Shown here piece by piece: positions 62,236 to 64,000 of a DNA stretch of 64,000 nt (position 1 is its first letter; every line of letters begins with the position of its first letter). The position numbers and the translations under genes were made by a program. The DNA lies in the NCBI GenBank assembly GCA_963785725.1, contig CAWAWS010000039.1:224001-288000 (forward strand), read 5' to 3'. The notes under the pieces were generated by a model. The model was not told the origin of the DNA, made no database searches, and was given only the letters and a program-made list of their open reading frames with translations. Origin of the DNA: an uncultured delta proteobacterium. GTDB taxonomy: Bacteria; Myxococcota_A; Polyangia; Palsa-1104.

Positions 62236-63407
62236 AGGCGTCGCCGTGACGCCGCCGGCGTGCGCTGCCCGTCGACGACGGCACGAATCGCGCGCAAGTA
62301 GCCGTCGCCGTCGCGCGCGTCGGGCTCGAGGTGCGCGCCCTCGGCCCACTCGTTCCAGGCGTTGACGAAGACGATGCGCGCGTCGGGGCGACTCTGCTCG
62401 GCCACCTTGTCGCAGAGCTGGCTCAGCCAGTGCTGGAAGCGATCGGGCCGCGCGCCTTGGTAGATCGTCGCCCGCGCGCCGTAACGAGCGGTGTTGTCCC
62501 AGTCGACGAAGGCGCCTTCGAACGTCGTCAGCGCGCGATCGACCGGCTGCGCGATGATCTCGCGCCACACGCGCTCGTAGTCGATCCGCTTGGGCCCATT
62601 GGCGCGACTGTCGGCGTGATCGATGAGCGACTGCAGGCGCACGGCGATAGGCCGCGGAATCGCCGCGCGCAGCTGCGCGAAGTGGCGCTTGTAGAACGGC
62701 GGATTGGCCTCGTTCAGCGCCTGCGTGGCGACGAACGGCTGAAAGCGAAAGAGCGCATCGAAGTGGCGCAGCGTGTCCCACGGCAGCGGCGCCCACTGCT
62801 GCACGGCGATGAAGTAGAGCCCGTCGAGGCCGTGCGCCCGCGCCCGCGTCTGCCAGTAGTCGAACATCTCGCCCGGCCGCTCGATCTTGTCGGGGCGATA
62901 GATCATGAAGATCGGCTTGCCGTCGACCTTCAGCGCGCGCGGATCGCTCCACGCGCGAATGAGATAGTCGAAGTGCCGACCCCACGCCGCTTTGGTCGGC
63001 GGATGCGTCTGCAGCTGCAGGACGTGGTGCTCTTGACCATCCCAGCGCCGCGACCACGTCTCGTTCGCCCACGACAAGCAGAACTCGAGATCCAAGTCCT
63101 TCATGTCGAGGAAGGCGTTGGTCGGCTTCTCCAGCAGCTGCTTGCCGTCGAACCAGTAGTGGTAGTGGCAGAAGGCGCTGAGGCCGTATTCCTTGGCCTG
63201 CGCCACTTGGCGGCGGATCGTCTCCGGCCGGCTCTGATCGTAGTGCCCGTCCGTCGGAACGCGCGGCTGATGATGCCCGTCGTAGAGCGGCTTGGCCTTC
63301 TTGACGTTCGTCCAGTCGGTGAAGCCGGGACCCCACCAGCGGTCGTTCTCGGGGATCGCGTGCAGCTGCGGGAAGTAGATGGCGGCGATCTTGACCGGCG
63401 CGGTCAT
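62223..63407 (-). CDS. Second WbsX / GH99-like protein
   Basis: AIYFPQLHAIPENDRWW..GFTDWTNV, FCLSWANETW, WDNTAR and NAWNEWAEGAHLEPD. Confidence 0.93.
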   Translation of the reverse strand: MTAPVKIAAIYFPQLHAIPENDRWWGPGFTDWTNVKKAKPLYDGHHQPRVPTDGHYDQSRPETIRRQVAQAKEYGLSAFCHYHYWFDGKQLLEKPTNAFLDMKDLDLEFCLSWANETWSRRWDGQEHHVLQLQTHPPTKAAWGRHFDYLIRAWSDPRALKVDGKPIFMIYRPDKIERPGEMFDYWQTRARAHGLDGLYFIAVQQWAPLPWDTLRHFDALFRFQPFVATQALNEANPPFYKRHFAQLRAAIPRPIAVRLQSLIDHADSRANGPKRIDYERVWREIIAQPVDRALTTFEGAFVDWDNTARYGARATIYQGARPDRFQHWLSQLCDKVAEQSRPDARIVFVNAWNEWAEGAHLEPDARDGDGYLRAIRAVVDGQRTPAASRRRLQST

Positions 63408-64000
63408 TCGGCCCTCGCGTATTCCGCGAGGACCTCGGACGCCGGGCCGTCGGCCACCAACGCGCCGCCGCGCAGCCACAGCGCGCGCCGGCAGAGCTTT
63501 CGCACCAGATCGGAGTCGTGCGAGACGAAGAGGATGGTCGTGCCGCCGTCGCGCAGCTGCTCGATGCGCGCCGAGCACTTGAGCTGGAAGGTGTGATCCC
63601 CGACGGCCAACACTTCGTCGACGAGCAGGAGGTCGGGATCGGTGTGCACCGCGACCGAGAAGCCGAGCCGCGCCAGCATGCCCGACGAGTAGTAGCGCAC
63701 CGGCGTCGAGATGAAGTCGGCCAGCTCGGCGAAGGCGATGATGTCGTCGAGGCGATCGATGATCTCTTGCCGCGACAGTCCGAGCGCCGTGGCGTTGATC
63801 TCGATGCACTCGCGGCCGGTCATGTCCGGCTGAAAGCCGGCGCCGAGCGACAACAAGGGCGCGATGCGGCCGCGCACGGCCACGCGGCCTTCGGTCGGAT
63901 AGGCCGCGCCGGCGATGATGCGCAAGAGCGTCGACTTGCCCGAGCCGTTCTGCCCGACGATGCCCAGCGTCTCGCCGCGGTGAATGTCGAAGCTGACATG
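63404..64000 (-). CDS. wzt: Wzt-type polysaccharide ABC exporter ATP-binding protein (5' end outside the window)
   Basis: GIVGQNGSGKSTLL, YSSGMLARLGFS, LLVDEVLAVGD and FVSHD; ends without a C-terminal carbohydrate-binding domain. Confidence 0.93.
   Translation of the reverse strand, partial: HVSFDIHRGETLGIVGQNGSGKSTLLRIIAGAAYPTEGRVAVRGRIAPLLSLGAGFQPDMTGRECIEINATALGLSRQEIIDRLDDIIAFAELADFISTPVRYYSSGMLARLGFSVAVHTDPDLLLVDEVLAVGDHTFQLKCSARIEQLRDGGTTILFVSHDSDLVRKLCRRALWLRGGALVADGPASEVLAEYARAE

Overview
A GC-rich (roughly 68%, by eye) chromosomal segment, most likely from a myxobacterium (Myxococcota). The assignment rests on a PEGA-containing Ser/Thr kinase-like protein, FHA/DUF4388 and FHA-FHA-TPR proteins, and a TraB-type OmpA/TSP3 protein. 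About 58 genes can be read. They include housekeeping functions (acyl-CoA dehydrogenase, a clpX paralog, dacB, rluA-type synthase-psuG-hslO, DegP-type protease, ftsE-ftsX-envC-S41 protease, class II ribonucleotide reductase nrdJ, rlmKL). The right end holds a heptose-dependent surface-glycan cluster (gmhA, hldE, gmhB, GT2, GT4, a GT9-methyltransferase fusion, two WbsX/GH99-like genes, wzt). I saw no rRNA, tRNA, CRISPR array, integrase or transposase. Three conserved genes (DNA methyltransferase, psuG, nrdJ) are broken by apparent single-base insertions that look like assembly errors. Best leads: (1) an IorA-like ThDP enzyme that has lost its Fe-S cysteines and is coupled to a 63-aa Cys-rich microprotein; (2) two outward-facing sigma-54-type promoters with the same palindrome and identical ATG spacing, driving small unannotated genes; (3) a 1565-aa membrane pseudokinase; (4) an orphan ClpX lacking the IGF and RKH loops; (5) the GT9-methyltransferase fusion; (6) several intergenic repeat arrays. 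All family assignments come from motif recognition by eye; no database search was run.
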